From Candidatus Peregrinibacteria bacterium CG1_02_54_53 (GTDB taxonomy: Bacteria; Patescibacteriota; Gracilibacteria; Peribacterales; Peribacteraceae): DNA of 64,000 nucleotides. Shown here one piece after another: positions 27,287-36,924 of the stretch. The stretch spans positions 8,747 through 72,746 of the forward strand of contig MNWP01000020.1 in the NCBI GenBank assembly GCA_001872575.1, in the 5' to 3' direction. The position numbers and the translations under genes were made by a program. Below the pieces are notes generated by a model. It was not told the origin of the DNA, made no database searches, and saw only the letters and a list, made by a program, of their open reading frames with translations. Numbering within the stretch: the first letter of the stretch is position 1; each line of letters starts with the position of its first letter.

Positions 27287-28334
27287 TCAAAAGCGTTGGC
27301 GCAAGTCATGGGCATGGTTCCGAGGATGGTACCGGGCACACATCGTGCTGACGTGGCTCTGCTGGACTAAGAAACCCATCCGCAATCTCTCCGTCTTCGC
27401 CCGCCGAATTCCCTTCATCGAGCGGCGTGAGTACTCCCAGAACGGAGAGGATGGGATCATCGCGGCGATCTTTGCGAAAATAGGAACGACGAATAAGTAC
27501 TGTGTCGAATTCGGTGTGGAGGACGGCCTGCAGTGTAACTGCCGCTACCTGCTCAAACACAAGAGCTGGAAAGGATTGCTTATGGACGGAGGCGAATGGC
27601 CGACAACCGTACAAACACAACAACAAGACAATCAACAACAAACAGAAACAAACAGCACACAACATACGGAGTGGGAGCGCGCCGCGGGGGGTGAAGAGGA
27701 AGGCCCTGTCCCCCGCCCATGCGCGGAACGGGCGGGGCCGACGAGACGAGCCGAAGCCTTGGATGCGAGACGAGGAGGCACAGGGCCGGGCGGAGCGGGC
27801 GTCGGCGCGCCAGTCTTTTCGCTCCACCTTTGTAACGACAAAGGTGGAAAAAATCATTGTCTGGGCGTCCATCGCGAATTCATCACCGCCGAGAATATCG
27901 AACCGCTCTTCCAAAAGTACGGCGTCCCGCCAGAATTCGATCTGCTCTCGATCGACATCGACGGCAACGACTACTGGGTATGGAAAGCGATCGAACAATT
28001 CCGTCCGCGCGTAGTCGTGATCGAGTACAACGCGAACAAAGGGCCGGATGCGAGTGTGACGATTCCATACGACCCAGCTTTTCGGTGGGATAAGTCGGAC
28101 TATCAGGGCGCCAGTCTGCGGGCGCTTGAGAAACTCGGAAAAGAAAAGGGCTACACCCTCGTCGCCACGGACCCTTGCGGCGTGAATGCGTTCTTCGTGC
28201 TGAACTCCCTCGTACCGGGAAATTTCGCTCCCCCTCCTTTTGCACAAATCTTCCATTCTCCCGCATATAAGGGCATTCCCGGTAAAGGGCACCCTGCCGA
28301 TTCGCTGGCACGACCATGGGTGACGATCTCCTGA
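27264..28334 (+). CDS. Uncharacterised FkbM-like (putative methyltransferase) protein common in surface-glycan clusters, with a ~70-85 aa low-complexity insertion
   Basis: YSQNGEDGIIAAIFAKIGTTNKYCVEFGVEDG...WKGLLMDG [insertion] FITAENIEPLFQKYGVPPEFDLLSIDIDGNDYWVWKAIEQFRPRVVVIEYN. The family name is from memory and the function is uncertain. Confidence 0.6.
   Translation: MLSILSRIQKRWRKSWAWFRGWYRAHIVLTWLCWTKKPIRNLSVFARRIPFIERREYSQNGEDGIIAAIFAKIGTTNKYCVEFGVEDGLQCNCRYLLKHKSWKGLLMDGGEWPTTVQTQQQDNQQQTETNSTQHTEWERAAGGEEEGPVPRPCAERAGPTRRAEALDARRGGTGPGGAGVGAPVFSLHLCNDKGGKNHCLGVHREFITAENIEPLFQKYGVPPEFDLLSIDIDGNDYWVWKAIEQFRPRVVVIEYNANKGPDASVTIPYDPAFRWDKSDYQGASLRALEKLGKEKGYTLVATDPCGVNAFFVLNSLVPGNFAPPPFAQIFHSPAYKGIPGKGHPADSLARPWVTIS
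27601..27853. other. Composite insertion inside the FkbM-like CDS: an A/C-only tract, a GC-rich structured block and a perfect hairpin
   Basis: 27601-27668 is almost exclusively A and C. GGCCCTGT(27702-27709) pairs with ACAGGGCC(27780-27787), and CCCCGCCC(27711-27718) with GGGCGGGG(27730-27737). CCACCTTTGT(27824-27833)-aacg-ACAAAGGTGG(27838-27847) is followed by AAAAAA. Confidence 0.6.
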
Positions 28335-28369
28335 AGAGAAGATTTTTCAAGAGACGTGCCAAAACTCCT

Positions 28370-28397
28370 TGACGGCATCTTGTGTTCTCCTATGATG
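28370..28397 (+). promoter_or_regulatory. Candidate sigma70-type promoter for the 16S rRNA gene
   Basis: TTGACG (28370-28375), a 16-nt spacer, then TATGAT (28392-28397). It lies ~250 nt upstream of the mature 16S 5' end and just after the preceding CDS stop. Confidence 0.55.
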
Positions 28398-28529
28398 GCT
28401 TGGCTCCGATTCCGTCGGGAATCGAGAAATTTTGCGGCTCCCCTTCGCACACAAGAATCACGAAGGAGCGGCCGGCATGGTTCGGTCATTCACCCTTCGA
28501 CTTACGCTCAGGGTGAAGCAGTGGCTCCT

Positions 28530-28554
28530 TCACACCATCGCAGAGTAGAGAAGT
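28530..28554 (+). other. 5' arm of the 16S precursor processing stem
   Basis: TCACACCATCGCAGAGTAGAGAAGT is complementary in 24 of 25 positions (one C-A mismatch) to 30225-30249 downstream of the 16S. Confidence 0.7.
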
Positions 28555-28649
28555 ACTCTCCATCATCTCCCCGTCCCCGGGGACGATGCATGGAATACAT
28601 TTAGAAACTAGTTGTTTTTCTTTGAACAACCAGGTCATAAATTTCTTCT

Positions 28650-30112
<1,463 letters not shown>

Positions 30113-30224
30113 ACCAGGGAATTTTCTCTGTTAAAACCATGCTCTGGCCGTGCTAATTGGCCACCATGGTATTCGATTGCCCGGGATAGCACCGATGAAT
30201 CCTATCGGGTTCATGGACCGGAAG

Positions 30225-30249
30225 ACTTCTCTACTCTGCAATGGTGTGA
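30225..30249 (+). other. 3' arm of the 16S precursor processing stem
   Basis: ACTTCTCTACTCTGCAATGGTGTGA is the reverse complement of 28530-28554, apart from one mismatch. Confidence 0.7.
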
Positions 30250-30252
30250 TTT

Positions 30253-30299
30253 CGTGAGGGACAAAACCTACGGTTTTTTCCCTCACGGACACCCTTTTT
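30253..30299 (+). terminator. Possible terminator of the 16S transcription unit
   Basis: The extended hairpin CGTGAGGGAcAAAACC-tac-GGTTTTttCCCTCACG (30253-30287) is followed 7 nt later by TTTTT (30295-30299). The spacing is non-canonical. Confidence 0.35.
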
Positions 30300-30355
30300 C
30301 CCTAAAAGGTGTCGCTCCAGCGCGGGAACCCGCGAGACCCGCGCTTCGCGACAAA

Positions 30356-30586
30356 TTATTTCAATAGTGTAGTAGTCAATGCTATAGCTACCGTAACAGT
30401 GGCAAGTACCCAAGTAGCAATAACGAGATTTCTTGTTTGGTCGACGAGTTGTTTTTGTTGTCGATAGGCAAGGAGGCAAGAAAGCATTATTCGTTCCGGT
30501 GATTGGGCACCATTTCTCAACATCTCTTGTGCAATCTCCTTTATGGATGCATCCCTCTCAAATAATTCCTGAGGAAGTGTTGGCAT
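30356..30586 (-). CDS. Hypothetical small protein with a C-terminal hydrophobic anchor
   Basis: 76 aa ending ...NLVIATWVLATVTVAIALTTTLLK. A perfect TATAAT sits 6 nt upstream of its ATG. The region is visibly more AT-rich than its neighbours. No homology recognised. Confidence 0.45.
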   Translation of the reverse strand: MPTLPQELFERDASIKEIAQEMLRNGAQSPERIMLSCLLAYRQQKQLVDQTRNLVIATWVLATVTVAIALTTTLLK

Positions 30587-30592
30587 GCGAGG

Positions 30593-30598
30593 ATTATA
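30593..30598 (-). promoter_or_regulatory. -10 box (TATAAT on the minus strand) positioned for a leaderless transcript of the 30356-30586 gene
   Basis: The minus strand reads ...ggccgTATAATcctcgcATGcc. Confidence 0.5.
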
Positions 30599-30673
30599 CG
30601 GCCAATACCAGAACAGTACACAAACAAAACCGATTGGAGGAGTTCGCCACCGCCCGCCTTCGTCCCCTTGTTA

Positions 30674-30772
30674 CTTAACCTCTCCCCCTTTATCCCCCTC
30701 TCCATAGAGAGGGGGAACTTTAGCGATCTCCCCTTTCTCTATGGAGAAAGGGGTTGGGGGATAGAGGTTAAG
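30674..30772. repeat. 99-nt composite palindromic element: an outer stem enclosing two hairpins
   Basis: Outer stem: CTTAACCTCT(30674-30683) plus ATCCCCC(30692-30698) pair with GGGGGAT(30756-30762) plus AGAGGTTAAG(30763-30772). Inner hairpins: TCCCCCTCTC-cata-GAGAGGGGGA (30693-30716) and CCCCTTTCTC-tatg-GAGAAAGGGG (30730-30753). Confidence 0.75.
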
Positions 30773-30853
30773 CAACCAACGTGGCCTGACAAAGAAAGAA
30801 TAAATTCCCCAAGGAGTATTGACCTTTTAGCCACCCCCTCCTATAAGTCCCCT

Positions 30854-31231
30854 ATGTCAGCCATAGATGAACTGCCGGATGGCGACGGAGAAAACCTCCC
30901 CTCGGGAAATTGTGTTCCGAACTTGCCGACACTCAAAAAATTCACAAGCGATCTGCATGAAACAATCGTCTCTCAGATACTCGATGGACGAACGCAATAC
31001 TGCGAAATCCTCGATGGCAGACGGGTTATCTTCCGGTTACCGCGAAAAGAACAGCTCTATGATTTTATCTCTGTCCAAAGCGAAGCAAACAACGCCCTTG
31101 GCATCGTGTTGATGATCCCGAGCACACAATCTCATCATGATGGGGAATACGAATACCACACAAGAACGTTTGAGTATCTACCGCCACAAATACCCGACAC
31201 ATCCTACCTGCCCTCTTTTTCCCAAAACTGA
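30854..31231 (+). CDS. Hypothetical protein
   Basis: 125 aa from the ATG at 30854 (MSAIDELPDGDGENLPSGNC...). The track ORF start at 30668 runs through the palindromic element, so I prefer the internal start. No homology recognised. Its 3' end overlaps the sufD 3' end by 28 nt. Confidence 0.35.
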   Translation: MSAIDELPDGDGENLPSGNCVPNLPTLKKFTSDLHETIVSQILDGRTQYCEILDGRRVIFRLPRKEQLYDFISVQSEANNALGIVLMIPSTQSHHDGEYEYHTRTFEYLPPQIPDTSYLPSFSQN

Positions 31232-32019
31232 GAGAGATGCGTACGTAATGAAGCATTGTGGATATTCCCGAGCAAATCACCCAGGAACCCATCGATAAAA
31301 AGTTTGCGTGCCTTCTTCGCCATGATCCCTCTGCTCGCGAAGTAGAAAAGGTCTTCGGGATGGATACGCGAAATAGCGGCAGAGTGACTCGCCTGCACAT
31401 CGTGCGTTCCGACATCCAGTGAAGGGATCGCATCGGCACGCGCAGTGGGATCGAGAATGAGAATCTTCTCGGTGAGGTGCGCTTGCGTACCCGATGCCTT
31501 CGGGCCGATCTCGACGGACCCGTTGCAGGTGATAGTCGCTTTCTCCTCGGCAACGCCACGCATCGTCACATCACCCCGACCATCTTTCGCAGAAAAAATA
31601 TTCCGCGCCGAGAGCAGGCACTTCATCGTTCCTCGGCCATGGATGATCCAATCAATAGAGCTTTCACCGCCTACGCCTTTCACTTCCGAAACAGTGTCGT
31701 GTATGCAGGACCCATGTGTGACATTGAGCAGATGAAGTTGTGCTCCTGTAGCCACGGCGATGTGTTGAGAAATTTTCGTACTCTTCTTTCCTTTCCATAC
31801 GAAAACAACGGCGAGAGAGGCCTGTGGCTCCAGTGCTATCTTCAAAGAAAGGCGAGAGCCTGGGGTGGCGCAGGTAACGAAAAGCACATTTTCACTTCCG
31901 CGCTTAGCCATAACCTGCAAGGACGGATGACGACGCGAAAATGTGAAGAAGAAGGGCTCTTTGGCCTTCCCTTTCACAATCATCTTCTGCGCCGTACCTG
32001 AAGATTTGGCCTTCTGCAT
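31204..32019 (-). CDS. sufD: Fe-S cluster assembly protein SufD (short form)
   Basis: Beta-helix-like repeats, and the C-terminus ...HDVQASHSAAISRIHPEDLFYFASRGIMAKKARKLFIDGFL is typical of SufB/SufD. Confidence 0.8.
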   Translation of the reverse strand: MQKAKSSGTAQKMIVKGKAKEPFFFTFSRRHPSLQVMAKRGSENVLFVTCATPGSRLSLKIALEPQASLAVVFVWKGKKSTKISQHIAVATGAQLHLLNVTHGSCIHDTVSEVKGVGGESSIDWIIHGRGTMKCLLSARNIFSAKDGRGDVTMRGVAEEKATITCNGSVEIGPKASGTQAHLTEKILILDPTARADAIPSLDVGTHDVQASHSAAISRIHPEDLFYFASRGIMAKKARKLFIDGFLGDLLGNIHNASLRTHLSQFWEKEGR

Positions 32020-32091
32020 GTCTATACACGGAATACTTGCTAAGTATAAAGAATAGTCTACAATCTCCTTTGTTCCCTACCCCACCATAGC

Positions 32092-32421
32092 ATGGTCGCC
32101 CCTGTTCCTCCTGAAAAAAACGATCACGACGCATTCGTAAAGCGCAGACGTCGGGAAGACGGCCAGACGCCGGATATCGAAAGCAGTCGCACTTTGACCG
32201 GACCGGAAGCGATTGAGCGGGAATCGAATAAAATGCACACATTGCTTACGCAGTTACGCGGGCAACCACATGTCCGGCGCCGCGTTTATGAGTTGTTTCA
32301 AGATGAGGCTGCAGGTCTTCAGCGCGAAGTCAAAGGGGCAACGGAACACAACACGCAATTCGTGCTCGCAGAGAACATGCGCTCATTGAACCACCGCATC
32401 GAAGATCTGCTCGCCCCCTGA
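32092..32421 (+). CDS. Hypothetical protein
   Basis: 109 aa, charged/helical (…LTQLRGQPHVRRRVYELFQDEAAGLQREVK…). No homology recognised. The stop lies 2 nt before the next ATG. Confidence 0.4.
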   Translation: MVAPVPPEKNDHDAFVKRRRREDGQTPDIESSRTLTGPEAIERESNKMHTLLTQLRGQPHVRRRVYELFQDEAAGLQREVKGATEHNTQFVLAENMRSLNHRIEDLLAP

Positions 32422-32423
32422 CC

Positions 32424-32813
32424 ATGCACCGCCCTCGTCAACATACGAGTCCCGAGCAGCAACTACTTTTCCCCGTTAAGCCGCATACGCACTACACCCG
32501 TGCTGTAGAGCGGCTGATCGAGAAGATGCGCCATGGATTTCTTGAGCTTCCGGACCTTGAAAGACGGCTCACTGAGCTTGGAATCTTTGAAGGACCGGAG
32601 GAAATCGACATGCTCTGGTCACACATGATCTACGGCAATAGTCCGATGCCGGACCGCGATCATGTGATGGGCCATCTCTGGCATCCAATCCTACGCATGC
32701 TTGACACGCTCAATAGGGAAGGCCCGCGTGCTCTGTCTTCAGAACAAAAACTCTTGTTCAGACACATCATTCACCACCATCAGCAAGTAGCTGAAGTGGT
32801 AGATAAGCGATAG
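32424..32813 (+). CDS. Hypothetical protein (His-rich C-terminus)
   Basis: 129 aa (…LFRHIIHHHQQVAEVVDKR). No homology recognised. Confidence 0.4.
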   Translation: MHRPRQHTSPEQQLLFPVKPHTHYTRAVERLIEKMRHGFLELPDLERRLTELGIFEGPEEIDMLWSHMIYGNSPMPDRDHVMGHLWHPILRMLDTLNREGPRALSSEQKLLFRHIIHHHQQVAEVVDKR

Positions 32814-32816
32814 AAA

Positions 32817-34205
32817 TTATCCCACGCTCCCTTCCATCTCCATCTCGATGAGGCGATTCATCTCGACGGCGTATTCCAGCGGAATCTGCTGCATGATCGG
32901 TTCCACGAATCCACGCACGATCATCGTCTTCGCCTCGGGCTCACTCAACCCGCGCGACATGGCATAAAAGAGATCTTCTTCCGAAAGCTTGCCCACCGTC
33001 GCTTCGTGCGCGATCGTCGCGTCATCGGTGCCGATCTGCAGATCGGGAACGGTGGCGGTACTGCTCTTTGCGTCGAGCAGAAGCGCATCGCACTGAATAC
33101 TTGCCGTGGTGTCTTTCGCCTCGGGTGCGACTTTTAGAAGCCCTCTGTATACCGTCCTTCCTCCATCTCTGCTGACAGATTTACTTATCACGACGCTCGA
33201 CGTGTGCGGAGCCAGGTGAATGACTTTGGCGCCCGTATCCTGCCACTGGTTTTTGCCGGCCATGGCCAGCCCCAGATGTTCGCAACTCGCAGCCTCGCCC
33301 GTGAGCACGGAACATGGATACAGCATGGTTACACCGCTTCCCAGATTTCCGCCCACCCATTCCATTGTTGCTTCACGCTCCACAATCGCTCGCTTCGTAT
33401 TCAGGTTGTATGTGTCTTGGCTCCAGTTCTCGACGGAGGAGTAGCGCATACGGGCTCCGGGTTTCACGAATATCTCGACGCATCCTGCATGTAACGACGG
33501 ACTGCCGTACTTCGGAGCAGAGCACCCTTCGATGTAGTGCGCCTGCGCCCCTTCTTCAATGATGATCATCGTATGTTCGAACTGGCCCATACCACGTGCG
33601 TTCATGCGGAAGTACGATTGCAGCGGTTCGAACACCGTTACCCCAGAAGGCACGTAGAGGAATGTCCCTCCGCTCCACACGGCACCGTGCAACGCGGCGA
33701 ACGCATGGTCCGTCGGACGTACGCAGCGCATGAAGTGTTCGCGCACAAGATCGGGATACGTGCGAAGTGCCTCATCCATGTCGAGGAACAATACGCCGCG
33801 CTCCTCCCACTCCTCCTTGAGACGATGGTAGATCACGTCACTCTCGTACTGCGCACCGGCACCTCCCAACATCTGGTACTCGGCCTGAGGTATTCCCAAT
33901 CGTTCGTAGACGCGACGAATATCTTCGGGAACCTCGGCCCAATCATCGGTCTGAGCGACTCCGGGGCTGGCGTAGAAGAGAATGCGATCAAAATCGAGTG
34001 CCGAGAGATCCGGCCCCCACGTAGGAAGAGTGAATTTTCGAAAAAGACGCAGGCACTGCAGCCGATGCTCAATCATCCACAACGGTTCGCCCTTCTCCGC
34101 ACTCATCCGTCGCACCAGCTCTTCACTGAGTCCGCGCTTAAGTCCCTTCGCATAGGGCGTGGGGTTGGGATTTGCGAGCCCATCGTGCGTCGTTGAACGA
34201 GTCAT
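32817..34205 (-). CDS. sufB: Fe-S cluster assembly protein SufB
   Basis: ...WMIEHRLQCLRLF...PTWGPDL...GGTFLYVPSGV...YIEGCSAPKY...HEATVGKLSEEDLFYAMSRGLSEPEAKTMIVRGF. The start is placed at the ATG at 34205 (MTRSTTHDG...); the track start is 34349. Confidence 0.93.
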   Translation of the reverse strand: MTRSTTHDGLANPNPTPYAKGLKRGLSEELVRRMSAEKGEPLWMIEHRLQCLRLFRKFTLPTWGPDLSALDFDRILFYASPGVAQTDDWAEVPEDIRRVYERLGIPQAEYQMLGGAGAQYESDVIYHRLKEEWEERGVLFLDMDEALRTYPDLVREHFMRCVRPTDHAFAALHGAVWSGGTFLYVPSGVTVFEPLQSYFRMNARGMGQFEHTMIIIEEGAQAHYIEGCSAPKYGSPSLHAGCVEIFVKPGARMRYSSVENWSQDTYNLNTKRAIVEREATMEWVGGNLGSGVTMLYPCSVLTGEAASCEHLGLAMAGKNQWQDTGAKVIHLAPHTSSVVISKSVSRDGGRTVYRGLLKVAPEAKDTTASIQCDALLLDAKSSTATVPDLQIGTDDATIAHEATVGKLSEEDLFYAMSRGLSEPEAKTMIVRGFVEPIMQQIPLEYAVEMNRLIEMEMEGSVG

Positions 34206-34366
34206 GCGCTCCGTGCAGTCTACGGGATCATCCAAGGCGAGAGAACCCCCCTGCGCGATGGTGAAATGTGGTATTTTTTGCCAGAATTGCCAATACATGA
34301 AAAGGATGAAAAGTCCTCTTTCCATACAAAATTCCCATGAAAATGCCAAACAAACATTTTATGATG

Positions 34367-34375
34367 TGGTATAAT
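34367..34375 (+). promoter_or_regulatory. Extended -10 promoter (TGgTATAAT) for the efflux operon
   Basis: TG at 34367-34368 and TATAAT at 34370-34375, 14 nt upstream of the ATG at 34390. This implies a 5' UTR of only a few nt. Confidence 0.55.
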
Positions 34376-34389
34376 AGTAGAACTATCCT

Positions 34390-36171
34390 ATGTGGACCCC
34401 TTTTCCCCTTCTGCGGCGCGTGGCATCGGCCCTCAAATCGTTCATTTGGCGACATCCCATTTGGTCTGTCGTACTCGGAATCATCGGTCTGCTTTTTTCG
34501 CTGTTGATGTGGTACATCTTCTCGCCGGTACGTCCCGAGATGATTACGGAAACTGTGCGACGCGGTGATCTTGTGCAAAAAGTGGAGGCCGTGGGAATCA
34601 TTACCTCCGATCGTGATGTGAACCTCAAGTTCCCGATCACGGGCATCGTTGCCAACGTTGCCGCAAAGGAAGGAGACACCGTAACCATGGGCCAGGAACT
34701 CGCCAGACTGCGCAATGAATCGTACTCGGCAGACCTTGCGGCAGCTTCGGCCCAGTACCGCCAGGCACAGGCCGGTTACCAAGAACTTGTTGAAGGCACG
34801 CGGCCCGAAGACATTGTGATTGCCGAGGCAGAAGTCGCCAACAAGCGAGCGGCCCTCGAGGCTGCCCGCGCAGATCTGCTGAGCGCCGAAGAGAAACTGC
34901 GCACTTCAGGAGAGAAACTGCAAGCCATTCGCTCAGGGGCCGACACGAACCTTTCCGGATATATTACGACATCCTCAAGTGCCTGTTCGCAGCAGATTTC
35001 GCTGGCGAAAACTTCTCTGAAAACACTCGACGACATTTTCATCAATTCGGTTATGACTGATATGGCCAAGCAGTACCGCACCACAGCCTACAGTATCTTT
35101 CGATCCAACTGGACCGCGGCACAGACCGCGCATGATGCCTTCTCATGTGCAGGAGGCTTCGGAACGTATTCCGATGCGCTCGCCACGATGGAACGTGCAA
35201 CGGCGGTGATCGCACAGACGACAAATGCACTCCAAGAGGCCTATGGCTTGATTGCCGATTTGCCAATCACAACGGCTTACGATTCTTCGGCTCGCGAAAC
35301 CGACAAGACATCGATCGCCACCGAGAAAGCAAGCACACAGGCGGCGCTGAGCGCCATCAATACCGCCATGAGCAATTTGCGCGATGCTTCTGCAAGTTAT
35401 GACACAAGCATTGCGACTGAAGAGAACACCTATGCGGCTGCGAAGGCCGCCAAACAGTCAGCCGAATCGGCAATTTTCACCTACGAAACCGCCCTGCGCA
35501 CACAGGAGGCGCAACTGGCTCTTAAAAAAGCCGGCCCTCGCGATACGCAGCTGGCCGCTTCGCGAGCCAACATGAACTCGGCTGCCGCAAATATTTCCCG
35601 TGCTCGGGCAAAACTCGAAGACACCATTATTCGCGCACCGGCGGACGGCGTCATCACGAAAATCGACTTCAAGGAAGGGGAATTCACCGGTGACCCGGAT
35701 AACGCCAATCACTCCATCAATATGCTCGGCGCCTCACCCTTCCGTGTCGAGATGTTCCTCTCGGAAGTGGATATCCCCAAGGTCCTGCTCACGCAGAGCG
35801 GCTCTATTGAGCTCGATGCGTTCCCGGGGGTGAACTACGCGCTTAAGGTCACCTCCATCGAGCCTGGACCCACCAAGATTGATGGCGTTTCGAAATACCG
35901 CGTCAGCTTGAACTTCGTTTATCCGCATGATGAATTCAAGATCGGCATGACCGGCGATACAGAAATCATCACAGGAGAGCGCAAAGACGTTCTCCTGGCA
36001 CCGGTGCGATCGGTCATTCAGAAAAACGGTGAAGGGAAAGTCATCCGAGTTCTTGAAAACGGAGAAGTTGTCGACAAACCGGTAACCACCGGCATGGAAT
36101 CCGATACGGATGCAGAAGTTGTCAGTGGGCTCACCGAAGGAGAGACTGTGGTCGTCCTCATCAAACAATAG
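34390..36171 (+). CDS. HlyD/MacA-family periplasmic adaptor with an unusually long Ala-rich coiled-coil
   Basis: N-terminal TM segment, then VEAVGIITSDRDVNLKFPITGIVANVAAKEGDTV (lipoyl-like) and IRAPADGVITKIDFKEGEF (second lipoyl half), then a C-terminal beta-barrel. 593 aa. Confidence 0.8.
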   Translation: MWTPFPLLRRVASALKSFIWRHPIWSVVLGIIGLLFSLLMWYIFSPVRPEMITETVRRGDLVQKVEAVGIITSDRDVNLKFPITGIVANVAAKEGDTVTMGQELARLRNESYSADLAAASAQYRQAQAGYQELVEGTRPEDIVIAEAEVANKRAALEAARADLLSAEEKLRTSGEKLQAIRSGADTNLSGYITTSSSACSQQISLAKTSLKTLDDIFINSVMTDMAKQYRTTAYSIFRSNWTAAQTAHDAFSCAGGFGTYSDALATMERATAVIAQTTNALQEAYGLIADLPITTAYDSSARETDKTSIATEKASTQAALSAINTAMSNLRDASASYDTSIATEENTYAAAKAAKQSAESAIFTYETALRTQEAQLALKKAGPRDTQLAASRANMNSAAANISRARAKLEDTIIRAPADGVITKIDFKEGEFTGDPDNANHSINMLGASPFRVEMFLSEVDIPKVLLTQSGSIELDAFPGVNYALKVTSIEPGPTKIDGVSKYRVSLNFVYPHDEFKIGMTGDTEIITGERKDVLLAPVRSVIQKNGEGKVIRVLENGEVVDKPVTTGMESDTDAEVVSGLTEGETVVVLIKQ

Positions 36172-36173
36172 TC

Positions 36174-36914
36174 ATGCCAAAAAAGGAATCCTCATCATTG
36201 ATTGAAGTAAAAAATCTGTACAAGTCGTACTTCAATGAAATGATTGAAACGCCTGTGCTCTTCGATATCAACTTGAAAATCAATGCCGGGGAATTCGTAG
36301 CGATTATGGGGCCGTCAGGCTCGGGCAAATCCACGCTCATGCACATCTTGGGCTTTCTGGATGTCCCGACGAAAGGCCATTACCACTTCAAGGGGGAATC
36401 GACGGAGGAGAAACAGGAAGATGAGCTGGCGCTGATCCGATCCTCAAGCGTGAGCTTCGTATTCCAGTCGTTCAATCTGCTTCCGCGCACCAGTGTCATC
36501 GACAACGTTTTACTCCCGCTCCTTTACCACAGCGCCACTCGCCCGGCGGATCGTCGTGCCCGTGCCATGAAAGCTATTAAGGCGGTCGGCCTTACGGATC
36601 GTGCCACATACCTCAGCAATCAGCTCTCGGGCGGGCAGCAGCAGCGTGTGGCTATCGCACGCTCCCTCGTTACGGAACCGGAGGTGATCTTCGCCGATGA
36701 ACCGACGGGCAACCTCGACTCGGCATCGGGAAAGCACGTCATGGAAATCCTTCAAAATCTCCATAAAGAGGGACACACGATCATTCTCGTTACTCATGAA
36801 AAAGCCACTGCCGAACATGCCGAACGCATCATCCAGATTATGGATGGTCACATCGTTTCAGACCGCAAAGAATTCTCGCGGCGCATTGCCAGCCAGATAA
36901 AAGAATTCAAATAA
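36174..36914 (+). CDS. MacB/LolD-type ABC transporter ATP-binding protein
   Basis: [37 protein letters not shown] and [11 protein letters not shown]. Confidence 0.93.
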   Translation: MPKKESSSLIEVKNLYKSYFNEMIETPVLFDINLKINAGEFVAIMGPSGSGKSTLMHILGFLDVPTKGHYHFKGESTEEKQEDELALIRSSSVSFVFQSFNLLPRTSVIDNVLLPLLYHSATRPADRRARAMKAIKAVGLTDRATYLSNQLSGGQQQRVAIARSLVTEPEVIFADEPTGNLDSASGKHVMEILQNLHKEGHTIILVTHEKATAEHAERIIQIMDGHIVSDRKEFSRRIASQIKEFK

Positions 36915-36924
36915 CGCCATTTTC

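Noticed and set aside
27306-28292. 328-aa minus-strand ORF
   Set aside because: It is antisense to the FkbM-like gene, whose plus-strand product carries the conserved SQNGEDGII and LLSIDIDGNDYW motifs. The open frame is explained by the stop-poor A/C-rich and GC-rich insertion.
30113-30355. Looked for spacer tRNA (Ile/Ala) and the start of a 23S rRNA after the 16S
   Set aside because: I found no T-loop (GGTTCGAATCC-like) or cloverleaf-compatible sequence, and no 23S 5' sequence. The region instead holds the trailer arm of the processing stem and hairpins.
32092-32813. Considered calling the two small ORFs between sufD and sufB a toxin-antitoxin pair
   Set aside because: Only the sizes and the coupling fit. 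No PIN, RelE, MazF, HTH or RHH-like motifs are visible by eye, so they are reported as hypothetical.
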